A DNA stretch of 42,909 bases. Origin: Octopus sinensis (lineage: Eukaryota). The stretch lies in assembly GCF_006345805.1 (NCBI RefSeq), contig NW_021836867.1, positions 1 through 42,909 on the forward strand, read 5' to 3'. Positions 1 through 12,315 of the stretch are shown here, piece by piece (within the stretch, counting starts at the first letter, position 1; the number at the start of each line of letters is the position of its first letter). The notes under the pieces are model-generated. The model was not told where the DNA came from, made no database searches, and saw nothing but the letters and a program-made list of their open reading frames with translations. A program made the position numbers and the translations under genes.

Positions 1-464
1 ATATATATATATAATATATCATATATATATTATATATGAGGTTTTTACGCTATCTACCTGAGACAATTTCTTGTTAAGTTTTCCTTATTAGTAGTTGTCC
101 TTAATTGCTAAATTTTTATTCCGAAAAAACTTTTCCTCTCCCGAAATGCAATTCGTAAATTTGCCATTTACCCGGATGTAATATATGTAACTCACCCATG
201 TGCTTCGTTGATGTTGATCAGTTAGCTGATCGGCTTAAGCGGGGCAGGGTCGTTGTTTATTTATAATACATTCAGGCCTGCTGATGATTACGTAAGTATG
301 AAATCACTGTGATACAGGTCTATATTTTTAAATGTCTTACTTTGAAAAATTGCATTCGGTGGGATTAGTAATATTTTTGGTAGAAAATGACTGATTGTCC
401 CTCTTAGCGTTTGGCATGTATGTATATGCCTTCTGGCATGTATTATAATGCCCTCTATATATAA

Positions 465-501
<37 letters not shown>

Positions 502-502
502 T

Positions 503-520
<18 letters not shown>
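1..520. repeat. (TA)n/(GA)n microsatellites bracketing a ~420-bp non-repetitive module that carries a hammerhead fold
   Basis: TA-rich runs at 1-36 and ~455-500 and a GA run at ~505-538 flank unique AT-rich sequence at 37-455. Confidence 0.8.
274..321 (+). ncRNA. Type I hammerhead ribozyme motif
   Basis: Read directly from the sequence. Stem I AGGCCTG(274-280)/CAGGTCT(315-321) is 7 bp with one G-U. Core CTGATGA is at 281-287. Stem II is T-TAC-GTAA-GTA-T with a GNRA loop and a U.U at 10.1-11.1. GAAA is at 300-303, stem III is ATCAC-T-GTGAT, and the cleavage triplet is AUA (after 314). Confidence 0.7.
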
Positions 521-539
<19 letters not shown>

Positions 540-999
540 CAGGCAGACAAAGACACTTCAGCGCCAACATGCTATCCTACCAGGCCTAAATTTAGTGCTA
601 ATATATTTATAAATATTTGTTTGTGTTTGTTTGTGTGGCTCCGTGCATGTGTGTGTGCGGGCGTATGTGTGGGCATACATGTATGTATGTGCGTGTATAA
701 GTTCGAGATTTCTAAACCATTGGTAAAGTTATTTAACTCCAAGTAAACACTTTCTTAAAGATCGCTTGCGCTGAAACCATTTCATCGTAATGCATCAAAG
801 GTTACGTTATCCTATAGAGCATGGGAATTTATGTAGGTGTTTTTTTGCTATTTCTTGCGTAGCGACCAACCACATTGAAGCTTCCTCTTCTCAGCAGAGC
901 TAAGTACTCTTACTGACACAGTAAACTAACCCAGAACAGTCACATGTTGACAGTAGAATCTGGACTAGCTTTAATTTTTCAATGGAAAATACACAGTAC

Positions 1000-1596
1000 T
1001 CATGCTCTTCTGAGCCTGTCTGTTTGTCAGTAAAACCTGTCTGTCTGTCATTGAATGCCTGTCTGTTCTTCTATCCCTGCCTTTCTCTCTCTCCGTCTCT
1101 CTCTCTCTCCCTTCCTCTCTCTCTCTCTCTCTCCCTTCCTCTCTCTCTCTCACTTGCTCTCTCTCATAACACTTCTGACACAGCTCCTTCATACGTTCTC
1201 CTTCTTTCCCAAAAATCTTTCTGTACATCTCTTCCTTCTTTTACAAGTACTCCTCTCACAACCAATTCACCTCATCCTTTCCTCTCAATGCATCTAAACA
1301 CCTTTACCATCATCTCTCTCTCTCTCTCCCTCACGCCTCTCCCCCTCTCTCTCCCCTCTCTTCCTCTCTCTCCTCCCCTCTCCCCTCTCTCTCCTCCTCT
1401 CCCCCTCTCTCTCTTTCTCAATACTTTCCAGATACCTCCTTCTAACTCTCTCCTTCCTCATACATTTCCTTCTTCATTCTCAAGTAGTTTCTCTCCACCT
1501 TTCTGCTGTTCTGTATCACAGCAATTTCCTTCTTCACTCTTACCGAGCATTTTCACCTCTCTTTGTCTCCCGCCTCTGTCTCTCTGTCCCTCTGTC

Positions 1597-1632
<36 letters not shown>

Positions 1633-1950
1633 ACACACACAAACAACAAGTTTTCATACTCAACTCCCTTTGCCCTCTCTTTTATCTCTCCGTCCCTCTG
1701 TCTCTCTTTCATTCTTTCTCATATCCTCCTACCTCATCTTCTTTTGAAACTCCTCATCTAAATTAAACAACGGCTTCTTCATACACTACGTAACTTACTC
1801 TCACATACACGAGACCCTTCGTGCATTTTCTCTCTTACACTACTCTTCGTCACCCCCCTCTCTCTTCAACCATTCTATCACGTTCTTTCATAACACTTCG
1901 CCCTTTAACCCCTCCTCTCTTTCTCTCTCTCTCTCTCTCGCCTACAAGCC
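1000..1950 (+). repeat. Polypyrimidine (CT)n-rich low-complexity tract
   Basis: Dense CT/CCT/CTCT runs. The 259-aa S/L/P-rich ORF here is a translation of the repeat. Confidence 0.9.
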
Positions 1951-2257
1951 TTAACCACCCAGCAATTCTTGTTTCATCATTCTCGTTTGGCATTGTTGTT
2001 TGCCTGCTCGTTGGTTCTGCTTAGTTGCATTGCAGCCACGGTCGATATCGAATGCAAAATGGCGTGAAATAAGCTTCTAAACAAGCCGAAAACAACACAG
2101 TACGAGGTATCTCTTAGATCGTCTTGTCACCTCTACCCTTTATCAAATCCTCGATCTCTTAAGGCGACACCGAATGATTGTTTCAGCCTTCGTTTACGCC
2201 GTTTAATGTCGGTAATTGTCAACCTGATGCATCAAAATTACTTTCGTCTGAAGCAGA

Positions 2258-2310
<53 letters not shown>

Positions 2311-3339
2311 TATTTCCGATGTTATAAGCCGAAAGGCGCCACCTTCGTCTACTTCAAATACAAGTAGTTTTCCTCTTTCTTTTTCCGTCTCTTTTCCACC
2401 TGCTTGTTTAATATGGCTGACAAGTTTCCATTTAGCGACCCTCCTCCATTCTACGCTTCTCTTCATGTTCTGTTTAGTCCATTCGTTTTGAATTTTCCGT
2501 TCAAAGTTTCCATTCGTTTTGAATTTATTCTTTTTAAAAAAGCATTCCACACTTGTAGGTTGATTTTTCATCCCGTTGTAATCCGTGAAAGTACCTGTGA
2601 AATAACTGTCACTCATTTAATATACTCGAAACAGATCCGCCACGTAAATACCCGAAAGAAATTTATCCGATACGACGCTTTAAGGAATCAACTTATTCAC
2701 TGTGTGTATATATATATTCACTCATGGATAGACAATATATAAGAAAATAAATGCACAGAGTAAACCTTTGGGTTCTGCCTGTTGTAATTTTTGACTTACA
2801 GTGCAGAAAATGTACGCAAGAGAAAAACAAAATGTTGGAAATCTCGTAAATTTTAAGCTCAAAACTTTAACATCCATTAAAATCTTGTTTGAACAAAAGA
2901 GGTTCCAGTATATCAAAGACATCTAGAAACGAATTCGAGCTCCATCTACTTGGAATCCCTGCATTCAATCTCTCGTGAACTGCTTCGAACCTAGCCAGAA
3001 ACGGACAGAAAATATTTTGTAGAAACAACCCAAATATTCGCTGGTAGCTTTATTGTAGATAGGCATAGCTGGAAGGAGTGGTCCTATACAAAGACCATAG
3101 TGGTTTTGAATCGACAGCTGATGAAGTGTGTGTGCAGCAGTGAAAGTTGTATGTAAAATACCTGTTTCTAATTTAAGCAGAAAAGTAGCAGTTTAGGTGA
3201 GGGTGGTTGGCATTGAACCATGTTCTCTACTAGACCTCGACAGGATTTGAACTCAGTATGTAAAGGACCTTATCAATTACTACAAATATGTTGTTTCAGT
3301 GCTCGAACGATTATGCCGGCTTGCCACCTCGTTTGTGTA

Positions 3340-3388
<49 letters not shown>

Positions 3389-3408
3389 CATAATAATAAC
3401 AATGATAA

Positions 3409-3966
3409 ATGCCCTGATGCAGTACCAGGCAGTGGCTCACATGGCTTCTGATCTTAACTGATTGGAAGTGTTATCATGTACATTGTTTTGTCTTGGTATA
3501 AAGGATGGGCTACAGCAAATATTCTGCTCAATACCATAGATTTGTTTGTCACTTGTTTGACCTTAACCATTTGAGCATGTCTCTTAGTGGTTGACGATAT
3601 GTGCATCTCTGATCACGAGCAGAAGTAGTGGGGGAGCATCATAGCCATGTGTTGAGAAGGATTCTTTGGGGTTTGAATAACTCACCTCTGGAAACATGGG
3701 TGGTTCGTTCAACATCCTTAAGCAATCCTTATTCAGGGACCTTTTGAGTGGGATGGGTTACTCGACTAGAAGAAAATTCTAACTGGGCCCCACCTGCAAG
3801 GTCATGTGCTGTTTATCTTGATATGAGATCACCATGTCGCGCACATATGGTTGTGATGCATGTGCCTAGTGTATCCTTATCAGACGGGTAGTCATGATGG
3901 GTATAATGGGCTTCGTAATATTTTACCCCAGTGTCACTTTGATGGCATGAACTGCTCTTCTCACTC
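3409..3966 (-). mobile_element. ~560-bp interspersed repeat of unresolved class embedded in (AAT)n
   Basis: Flanked on both sides by (AAT)n, and its 3701-3936 part recurs at 4449-4677. Orientation is inferred from the (TTA)n-like tail. Confidence 0.6.
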
Positions 3967-3969
3967 AAT

Positions 3970-4012
<43 letters not shown>

Positions 4013-4021
4013 GTAATAATC

Positions 4022-4226
4022 TTTTCTACTACAGACACAAGTCCTATAGCAAGGAGGCGACTTGTCGATTACATCGAACCTCAGTGATTTACAGGTACTT
4101 AATTTATCGACCCCCAAAAAATGAAAGGAAAAGTCGACCCCCAGCGGAATTTGAATTCAGAACGTGGCGAAATACCGTTTAGCATTTTGTCTGACGTTCT
4201 ATACAACGCTGCCAGCTCGCCACCTT
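4022..4226 (-). mobile_element. tRNA-derived SINE family A, alternative-tail (A2) subfamily, diverged
   Basis: Head (rc GGTGGCGAGCTGGCAG) and body (GTCGAC...GAATTTGAATTCAGAAC) match the other family A copies. The tail is of the ...GTAGTAGAAAAG-(ATT)n type. Confidence 0.7.
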
Positions 4227-4284
4227 AATAACAATATTATGGATTTTATCCCACACTGCATAGGCGTCAGTAATAACTGGTACT

Positions 4285-4400
4285 CTGTCGGTTACGATGA
4301 CAAGGTTTCTAGTTCATATGATCCACGGAACAGCCTGGTCGTGAAGTTAACGTGCAAGTGGCTGAGCACTCCACAGACACACGTACCTTTAACATAGTTC
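4285..4400 (-). mobile_element. 3' fragment of SINE family B (tail type seen at 31410-31525)
   Basis: The rc of GGAACAGCCTGGTCGTGAAGTTAACGTGCAAGTGGCTGAGCACTCCACAGACAC matches 31430-31490. Confidence 0.65.
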
Positions 4401-4448
4401 TGAACCAGGAACCATGTGGGAAATTCGGAGTGGCACACAATGTGACAA

Positions 4449-4677
4449 GGTTCGTTGAACATCCTTAAACGATCCTTATTCAGGGACCTTTTGAGCGGGA
4501 TGGGCTACTCGACCAGAAGAAAATTCTAACTGGGCCCTACCTGCAAGGTCATGTGCTGTTTATCTTGGTATGTGATCACTATGTCGCGCACATATAGTTG
4601 TGATGCCTAGTGTACCGTTATCAGACGGGTAGTCATAATGGGTATACTGGGCTTCGTATATTTGTACCCCAGTGTCA
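4449..4677 (-). mobile_element. Partial second copy of the 3409-3966 repeat
   Basis: Colinear, high-identity match to 3701-3936 by eye. Confidence 0.75.
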
Positions 4678-4688
4678 TACTACTACTC

Positions 4689-4815
4689 AGTTTTGCTGGG
4701 GTAACATGAAATAAATTTCTTGCTCAAGGATACTACAACACAACACCGGGAATCGAATTCACGACCTTACGCTCATGAGCCGAATACTCCTAACCACTAA
4801 GCTACACGCCTTCAC
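4689..4815 (-). mobile_element. SINE family C head plus CORE-like segment, diverged
   Basis: The rc gives GTGAAGGCGTGTAGCTTAGTGGTTAGGAG (A box), a B-box-like GAATTCGATTCC, and CTTGAGCAAGAAATTTATTTCA. It is homologous to 27200-27323. Confidence 0.65.
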
Positions 4816-5099
4816 TTATGTGTCAGTAGATAAATGAAAACACAAGACCGCACAATCTCCTCTCCAGGAAGGAAAAAGAGCTTGGTCCAACGATTGTCGG
4901 TTTTATTTGAGGCATTCATCAGAAAACGAGAATCCATCTGTTATCTGGCCATTGTCTTGCTGTATACTTATAGTCTCTGCAATTAAAGATTTCAGTAAAC
5001 TGGAAAATCCAATTTGCATAAATAGCATATGGTTCACAGATACCTGACTACAGAATGAGCGCAGAAACATTTTTCTTATATGCCAGGGTGTATCTAATT

Positions 5100-5115
5100 A
5101 CACACTCTCTATATA

Positions 5116-5154
<39 letters not shown>

Positions 5155-5413
5155 ATATATGTATATGTATGTATGTTATTTATGGATATAAGAGAGAGAG
5201 AGAAAGTGGGGGAGGAGAGAGGCCGACCAGACAGATTAAGAGACGAGAAAGAGAGAGGAAGCAAAAAACCGAGAGAGGATATGATAGACAGAGGGCATCG
5301 AGAGCGATATATTTGTATGTGTCTAATATATATATATATATATATAATATTATTTATCTATATCTATATATATATGTATATATATATATATACATATATA
5401 TAGATATATATAA

Positions 5414-5457
<44 letters not shown>

Positions 5458-5582
5458 TATATATTTATACACATACAAATATATCGCTCTCTATGCCCTG
5501 TCTATCATATCCCTCTCGGTTGTTTGTCTTCCTCTCTCGTATTATTATTATGTGTATATATATATGTGTATATATATTATAT

Positions 5583-5637
<55 letters not shown>

Positions 5638-6163
5638 TATTATATATTATATGTGTGTGTTATATACTATGCGTATATGTATATATATATGTATATATAT
5701 GCGTATATTTATGTGTAGATATATATGTGTATATATATATGTGTGTGTATATATTATATATATATGCGTGTATATATACATATATTTATACACAAACACA
5801 TATCATATATATATACTCATACATATGCATATATATATTATATATATGCACACAGACACAGACAGACACACACACACATCAGGAAAAGGGTGAATGTTAG
5901 AGTGATTGTTAAATATATAACTCCAGGAAGTACTTGAAACCACATTGTTCACATTTACGATTGAAAAATTATCCTCTTCTCTTTCAGACCACTTAAAGCC
6001 TTAGCATCTGATCGTTTAATTTCAGTTTATCAAGATCAAAAAATCAAAAAAACAAAAAAAATAAAATCCCGAAACCAGATAAATAACACCCCTGTTAACA
6101 CACTACCACCACAGCCACAACCACCACCATCAACACCACCTCCAAATACTACTACTTCTACAA

Positions 6164-6201
<38 letters not shown>

Positions 6202-6246
6202 TACCACCACCGCCACCACCAACACTACTACTACTACTACTACTAC

Positions 6247-6291
<45 letters not shown>

Positions 6292-6460
6292 GTAGTAGTA
6301 GCAGTAGTAATAATAATAATAATAACAACAACAATAATAATACTAATAAATAAACATAATATAATAATAATAATAATAATGATAATGATATGATAATAAT
6401 ATAATAATAATAATATAATAAAATAATAAAAATGATAACAACAACAACAACAACAAAAAC
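5100..6460. repeat. Compound (TA)n, (CA)n, (CTA)n, (AAT)n microsatellite field
   Basis: Visible simple repeats that account for all YI/II/LL-rich ORFs here. Confidence 0.9.
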
Positions 6461-7114
6461 GGGAGCAGGAATTAATGAAGGGCTTTTTTCTGACGAAGTG
6501 GACCATCGAGACACACGTCATATCTTTCTTGATGAATGAACACGCGTTGTGCGCATGCCTGAACAGGTTTCATACCGCCAAGAGTGTCACAAAATGACAG
6601 CTGCCTTTTCCTCGTTCATTTTTGTTTCTTTTTGCTGTCGTATTTAATGCACCACAGGACAAGCTGATTTCAGGAAGCGGTAATAGTAGTTAAGATACAG
6701 TAAAAATAGTACGGAGGACTCGTGTTTTGTATGTGTGTGTGGTGTGTGTGTGTGTGTGAATGGTGGCGAAGTAAAGGAAGGAGTTGTGTAGGGTTTGGTT
6801 TGTTCTGTGTCTTTTTATATTTTTGAATTTAATTTCCCCATGAAATTATCTCTTACTGCAATAGTTTATAGCCGAAAAGAGAGAGAGAAAGAGAGAAAGA
6901 GAGAGAGACAGAGAGAGAGAGAAAGAGGGGGGATAGACTGTGAAGGTAGAGGAGGAGGAGGAGGAAAAAAGATGCTGTAAAATTAAGCTGGTTATATCGT
7001 AATGTTATGGGGGGTCCAGAACAGGCGATACACGATAAAAGCAAATTGCGATATATTTCGTTCGTAAAGTTAAGGTCACTCGCACACACACACACACACA
7101 GCACGCACGCACGC

Positions 7115-7159
<45 letters not shown>

Positions 7160-7459
7160 CACACGCACGCACACACACACATACCACTATCATCTACGTG
7201 TGTAGCTATCCAAAAGGCAGCAACAAAGGATCTTCAGTATGGTTTCCCCATCTGTAGAAATAGCAACCAAATTTCTTTTCGTGTTACACCAGTCAGTCCA
7301 CTTTGGGTGGTAGATTTAATTGGTCGTCGGGTTTTTAACACCACCAACAGGTGCCCTGGTACTTTTAGCAGATTCCTACACTCTTTTGCAAGCATTCGGA
7401 CCGGTTGTCCAGATTGAGACTAACTGTCCCTATATCGCTGTCTAAGCTAAAAGAAGTCT

Positions 7460-7860
7460 TATTTCTTTATTCTTTATTACCCAGAAGGGGATAAACATAG
7501 AGGGGACAAACAAGGACAGACAAAGGGATTAAATCGATTACATCGTCCCCAGTGAGAAACTGGTGCTTAATTTATCGACCCCGAAAGGATGAAAGGCAAA
7601 GTCGACCTTGGCGGAATTTGAACTCAGAACTCAGAATGTTTATATATATTTATATTTATATATATTTCTTTACTACCCACAAGGGGCTAAACATAGAGGG
7701 GACAAACAAGGAATGACAAAGGGATTAAGTCGATTACATCGACCCCAGTGAGAACCTGGTGCTTAATTTATCGACCCCGAAAAGATGATAGGCAAAGTCG
7801 ACCTCGGCAGAATTTGAACTCAGAACTCAGAATGTTTATATATATTTATATTTATATATG
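7460..7860 (-). repeat. Local tandem duplication (~200 bp x2) of a 5'-truncated SINE A copy
   Basis: Both units end in the same private junction AACTCAGAACTCAGAATGTTTATATATATTTATATTTATA. Confidence 0.8.
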
Positions 7861-8206
7861 TTTAGGCAGAGTTTTGCATGGGTTGTCGAAAGAGTGTCGC
7901 ATAAATTAGCTTACTGTATATGTTCTGGTTATGTCCGTTCTGAGTTCTAATCAGTCGTGATGAACTTTGCCGTTCTTATTTTCCGAGGGAGATAAACGAA
8001 CTTACTAGTCAAGTACAGAAATCGGTTCTTCTTGCTTCTCCCTTTTATTCTATATCTTTTTCTCTCTGGAAGAAACATGCAGTGTTCGTTAAAAATTCCC
8101 CGAGAGGCAAGCTGTATGTAACATCGGTGACCCTAACTATTCCACTAGACGTTGAGGACCCAAGGGAGAAAGGCGCGAAGCAATATGTGTTTTAGATCAT
8201 GTCCCG

Positions 8207-8402
8207 TAAGTTCACTGTTATCAATTCACCGTAGGGAAAGTTCATCGCCATCATTTTACGGTTTTTGATTTTGGTCGCCATTTTTTTTTGTTGCAATAAA
8301 ATAGCTTATAACTATTAACGGTGAGATACTATCGATATATTTTCTCGGTAAACTTTCCTCACGGTGAACTTTCTCTGCGGTGAATTGATGGCGATGAACT
8401 TA
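8207..8402. mobile_element. MITE-like element with ~41-bp imperfect terminal inverted repeats
   Basis: TAAGTTCACTGTTATCAATTCACCGTAGGGAAAGTTCATCG (from 8207) against the rc of 8362-8402 gives 34/41 matches by manual alignment. CGGTGAA subrepeats lie inside. Confidence 0.55.
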
Positions 8403-8597
8403 CATGTAATCGTTATAGGTACGTGCATCGTATGGGCGTGCTTGTATGTAGTGACTTAGATACTAAAGGTTTTGTGACCGCGATAATCAGAAATCATTCT
8501 TTGTAAGTAGTTCTAAATCGGGTCCATATGATCCATGGGGTATAATATTTTGTTGTTAAAAATTTATGTGAAATAAACTGGTTATACTTCTATAAGT

Positions 8598-8914
8598 GGA
8601 GGCGCAATGGGCCAGTGGTTAGGGCAGCGGACTCGCGGTCGGAGGATCGCGGTTTCGATTCCCAGACCGGGCGTTGTGTGTGTTTGTTGAGCGAAAACAC
8701 CTAAAAGCTCCACAAGTCTCCCGCAGGGGGTGGTGGCGACCCCCTGTTGTACTCTTTCGCCCCAACTTTCTCTCACTCTTTCTTCCTGTTTCTTGAGTAA
8801 CGCTGTGATGGACTGGCGTCCTGTCCAGGTGGGTGTGGGTGGGGGGACATGCACGCCACAGAAACCGAGAAACCGGGCCCATGAGCCTGGCTGGGCTTGA
8901 AAAGGGCGCATAAA
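8598..8914 (+). mobile_element. tRNA-derived SINE family B, copy with V-domain-like 3' part
   Basis: Head GAGGCGCAATGGGCCAGTGGTTAGGGCAGCGGACTCGCGG with A box and B box GGTTTCGATTCC. The same head occurs at 31169 and 33970. Confidence 0.8.
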
Positions 8915-9339
8915 TTTTAAAAAAATACTTCTATAATACACAAAATATTTTAGCAATTTTTAAAATACAATTCCTAATAATGTTTATTTATAAAAACGTA
9001 ACAGGGTTTTTTAAACATCGAAAAAAGAGTAAAAGAGGAATGAAAGAGGTCCATAGGTAAAATAGAGTTGAGGGCCACTGGTCTATACTGTCGTTTGATA
9101 TTGTAGAAATAGCAGCCAAAATTCCATTCCGTTCTCACTCTGCAATTAAAAAAGCACCACCCAAAAATAAGACAATAAAAGGATACTTAATATAAATGCA
9201 GGTCTGAAAATAGAGGATGAAAAAAAAACAAAAAAAAAACAGGCGTGATGGCCTCAGATGGAACGCTTATGATCATAGTGTCCCTACTACAGTATCTTAA
9301 CAACAACAACGTAATTGAGTGACATACAATCATCATCAT

Positions 9340-9406
9340 ATGTGTGTGTATGTTTACTTGTCTATGTGTGCATGTCTGTGATTGCGAATGTGTGTGTTTA
9401 CATTAG

Positions 9407-9453
<47 letters not shown>

Positions 9454-10329
9454 TGTGTGTTGATAAGACTTTCGGTAAAGTTAGATGTAGAAGAATCAAA
9501 GAATCGAGAAATCTATACCTGATGTTCCTCAAGATAATGCATACACAGCAAACACACAGTCATAGAGAATGTATACGCGGATGTTTATATATGTGCGTAT
9601 ATGTGGACGAAGCCCCTCCTCTCCCTCTTTCTCTCCCACACTCACCACACACAAACATATATATATATATATAATACGTTCATACACACACTAAATGCGT
9701 ATACATTATACTCGTAATCCGTGTACACATATCTACGTTTATATAATTACGTATATATGTGGGTATATGTGTGTGAGTGTATGTGCATTTGTGCGCGTTA
9801 TATGCGTGTATAATCACACACACACACACATAGACACATGAATCAAACAGACACACACACACTTTCACGTACACACACACACACAAAGCGTATAAACTGA
9901 AATTATCCGCTCACTTAATCTCAACAAGACAAGAACATTTCTGATTCTCTAGCTTCATATTATCATGTCAGGGGGGCTTGGTGGGGTGGTTGGGGGTTGT
10001 TGTGGTATGACAGAGAGATTGGGGGGGGGCGAGAGAGAGAGAGAGAGAGAGAGGAAAGAAAGAAGGGAAACTGTGAGAGGAGGTGATGAGGAAGTATTAA
10101 GGTGGAATAGATGTTGGAAAGGAAAGGGATTCTGAAAGGGAGAGATTGAGAGATAGGGAGACGTTTGTGTTGGTGAGGGCGGAGGAAGAAGAGTGAAAGA
10201 GAGGGAGAGAGAGAAACAGAGGATGAGAAAGGGGGAGCTGTGAGAGTAAGTGAAGAAAAGGAGGAAAAGTGATGGAGTGGAAGATAAAAATGAAAAGAAA
10301 ACTTTAGTGAGGAATGAGAGCGAGCGACC

Positions 10330-10382
<53 letters not shown>

Positions 10383-10813
10383 GGAGTTGGAGAGAGTGAG
10401 ATTTATAGTGAGGGAAAAAGAGAGAGAATCTAAAAAAAGAAATGGAATGTCGATGGAAGAGAGAAATGGATAGAAAGAGAGAGAGAAAGGCAGAGAGAGA
10501 GAGAGAAGAAAGGGAGAGAGAGAGAAATGGAGAGAGAGAGAGGGTAAGAGAAGCATGGTTTCTGAAGAAATGGAGAGAGCGAAACGAAATGGAGAGAGAG
10601 AAGAAAGAGAGAAAGAGAGGAGAAGAAAAGAGAAAGACGGTCTTGAAACCCATGAAGAAGGACAATGAACAGGGTACTGAAATGTGAGAGGAGGGATGGA
10701 TAGGGTGAATTCTCCCTATATATATATATGTATATATGTATATATACATATATACATATTCACAAATATGCATACACATACATATATATTCATACATACA
10801 TACACAAACATAT

Positions 10814-10849
<36 letters not shown>

Positions 10850-11360
10850 ATATATAGAATATATAATACATACATATATGCATCCATATATATATATATA
10901 TATATAATATATATATATGGGTAGGCACTCAAGTACACATACATATGCATACACACACATATATATATACATGCATACACACACAAACACATGCGTATAT
11001 ACACACTCTGTCTCTCTCTCACATATATATATAGAGAGAGATAGTGATAGTTAGATAGATAGATAGAGAGAGAGAGAGTGAGAGAGTGAGAGGGAGGGAG
11101 GGCGAGAGACGGATATACAGAGTCAGAAGAGGAGCAAGATAAGATAGTATGTACAGTAGAGTATGTATCGCTTGTAACGTATAATGTACCATATCATTAT
11201 ATACGTATGTATGTATGTATGTATGTATGTATATGTATGTATGTATGTATGTATGTATTGCATGTATGTATGTATGTATGTATGTATGTATGTATGTATG
11301 TATGTATGTATGTATGTATGTATGTATGTATGTATATGTATGTATGTGTTTGTGTGTGTG
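9340..11360. repeat. (TG)n, (GA)n/polypurine, (TA)n and (TATG)n microsatellite field
   Basis: Visible simple repeats. The 355-aa and 197-aa ORFs are repeat translations. Confidence 0.9.
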
Positions 11361-11996
11361 TTGTGGGGAGGCAAAACTTCAGTGGACCAATGACCAATAG
11401 CAGATGGTTTTGTGATGAATATCTGTAGAAAAATGAGAAAAACACATGTTTCTGACGGGGGTAGCCTACTTTAGACAATGCTTTCTTTACAGAAAAACTA
11501 CTTACCACACATGTTTTTTGTTTGAAATTTGCCGTCTTACACAAATTAAAAGCGCTGCACTCGCATGCAAGCATATACATAAACAATTAAAAGCAGAGCC
11601 GAAGACAAGAAATAATAGACACATCTAAGTTAACACATACAGCCATAGACATACATACACGTCTAAACGGACATACGCAGGCATACCTACAGTCACACAG
11701 GCACACACACACACCGAGGCAGTCTCTGGAAGAATTTTGTTTTTCTTCTTTTTTCTTTTTTTATTCTTCGATTTCTGACAAAACCGGAAGTGATCTTTGA
11801 AGAATGGTTTCCAGAAATTTGGCAACAATGAGCCACACATTTCGAAATGTAGAGGGAGAGTTTTTCGTCGCCCTGTAATTCATTGGTAATTCATTCATGT
11901 AAAAGGATAAAAGAAAATAAGTAGATTCACGCAGGATTTGAACTCAAAACGTAAAGAGAAGTGGGTATTTCTTTTTCTATTTAATATTAATATTAT

Positions 11997-12166
11997 TTTT
12001 TTTTCCTTCTTTCTTCAAATTTTTTTCCTTCTTTTTTCAAATTTTTTTTTCCTTCATTCTTCAAATTTTTTTTCCTTCTTTCTTCAAATTTTTTTCCTTC
12101 TTTTTTCAAATTTTTTTTTCCTTCATTCTTCAAATTTTTTTTCCTTCTTTCTTCAAATTTTCTTCC
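11997..12166 (+). repeat. T-rich minisatellite: 22-24-bp subunits in a 69-bp higher-order repeat
   Basis: CAAA anchors at 12016, 12038, 12062, 12085, 12107, 12131 and 12154, with variants recurring every third unit. Confidence 0.85.
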
Positions 12167-12180
12167 ACCGAGTGTTTTCC

Positions 12181-12259
<79 letters not shown>

Positions 12260-12263
12260 TTAC

Positions 12264-12315
<52 letters not shown>

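Noticed and set aside
982-1761. 259-aa and other long S/L/P-, YI-, VC- and HT-rich ORFs throughout the window (e.g. 9955-11022, 5493-5900, 15320-15802)
   Set aside because: They are translations of microsatellites that lack stop codons, with no domain content.
2040-2115. CAAAATGGCG (YY1-like) and a weak donor in a unique island
   Set aside because: These are isolated short motifs with no supporting exon structure.
3112-3172. CTGATGA...GAAA with a possible 5-bp stem I (GACAG/CTGTT)
   Set aside because: There is no convincing stem II or III, and position 16.1 is not U. At best it is a decayed hammerhead.
6484-6525. CTGACGA-AG-TGGACCAT-C-GAGAC-ACAC-GTC hammerhead-like string
   Set aside because: GAGA replaces GAAA and stem I is essentially absent. 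It is suggestive but unsupported.
8598-8672. tRNA-like sequences at SINE heads (also 27250-27323, 31169, 33970 and all family A heads)
   Set aside because: A and B boxes are present, but acceptor and anticodon stems are imperfect and each runs into a SINE body. They are not tRNA genes.
9969-10030. G-rich tracts with G-quadruplex potential (also ~14270-14305 and ~36040-36200)
   Set aside because: They are expected by-products of low-complexity DNA, with no positional evidence of function.
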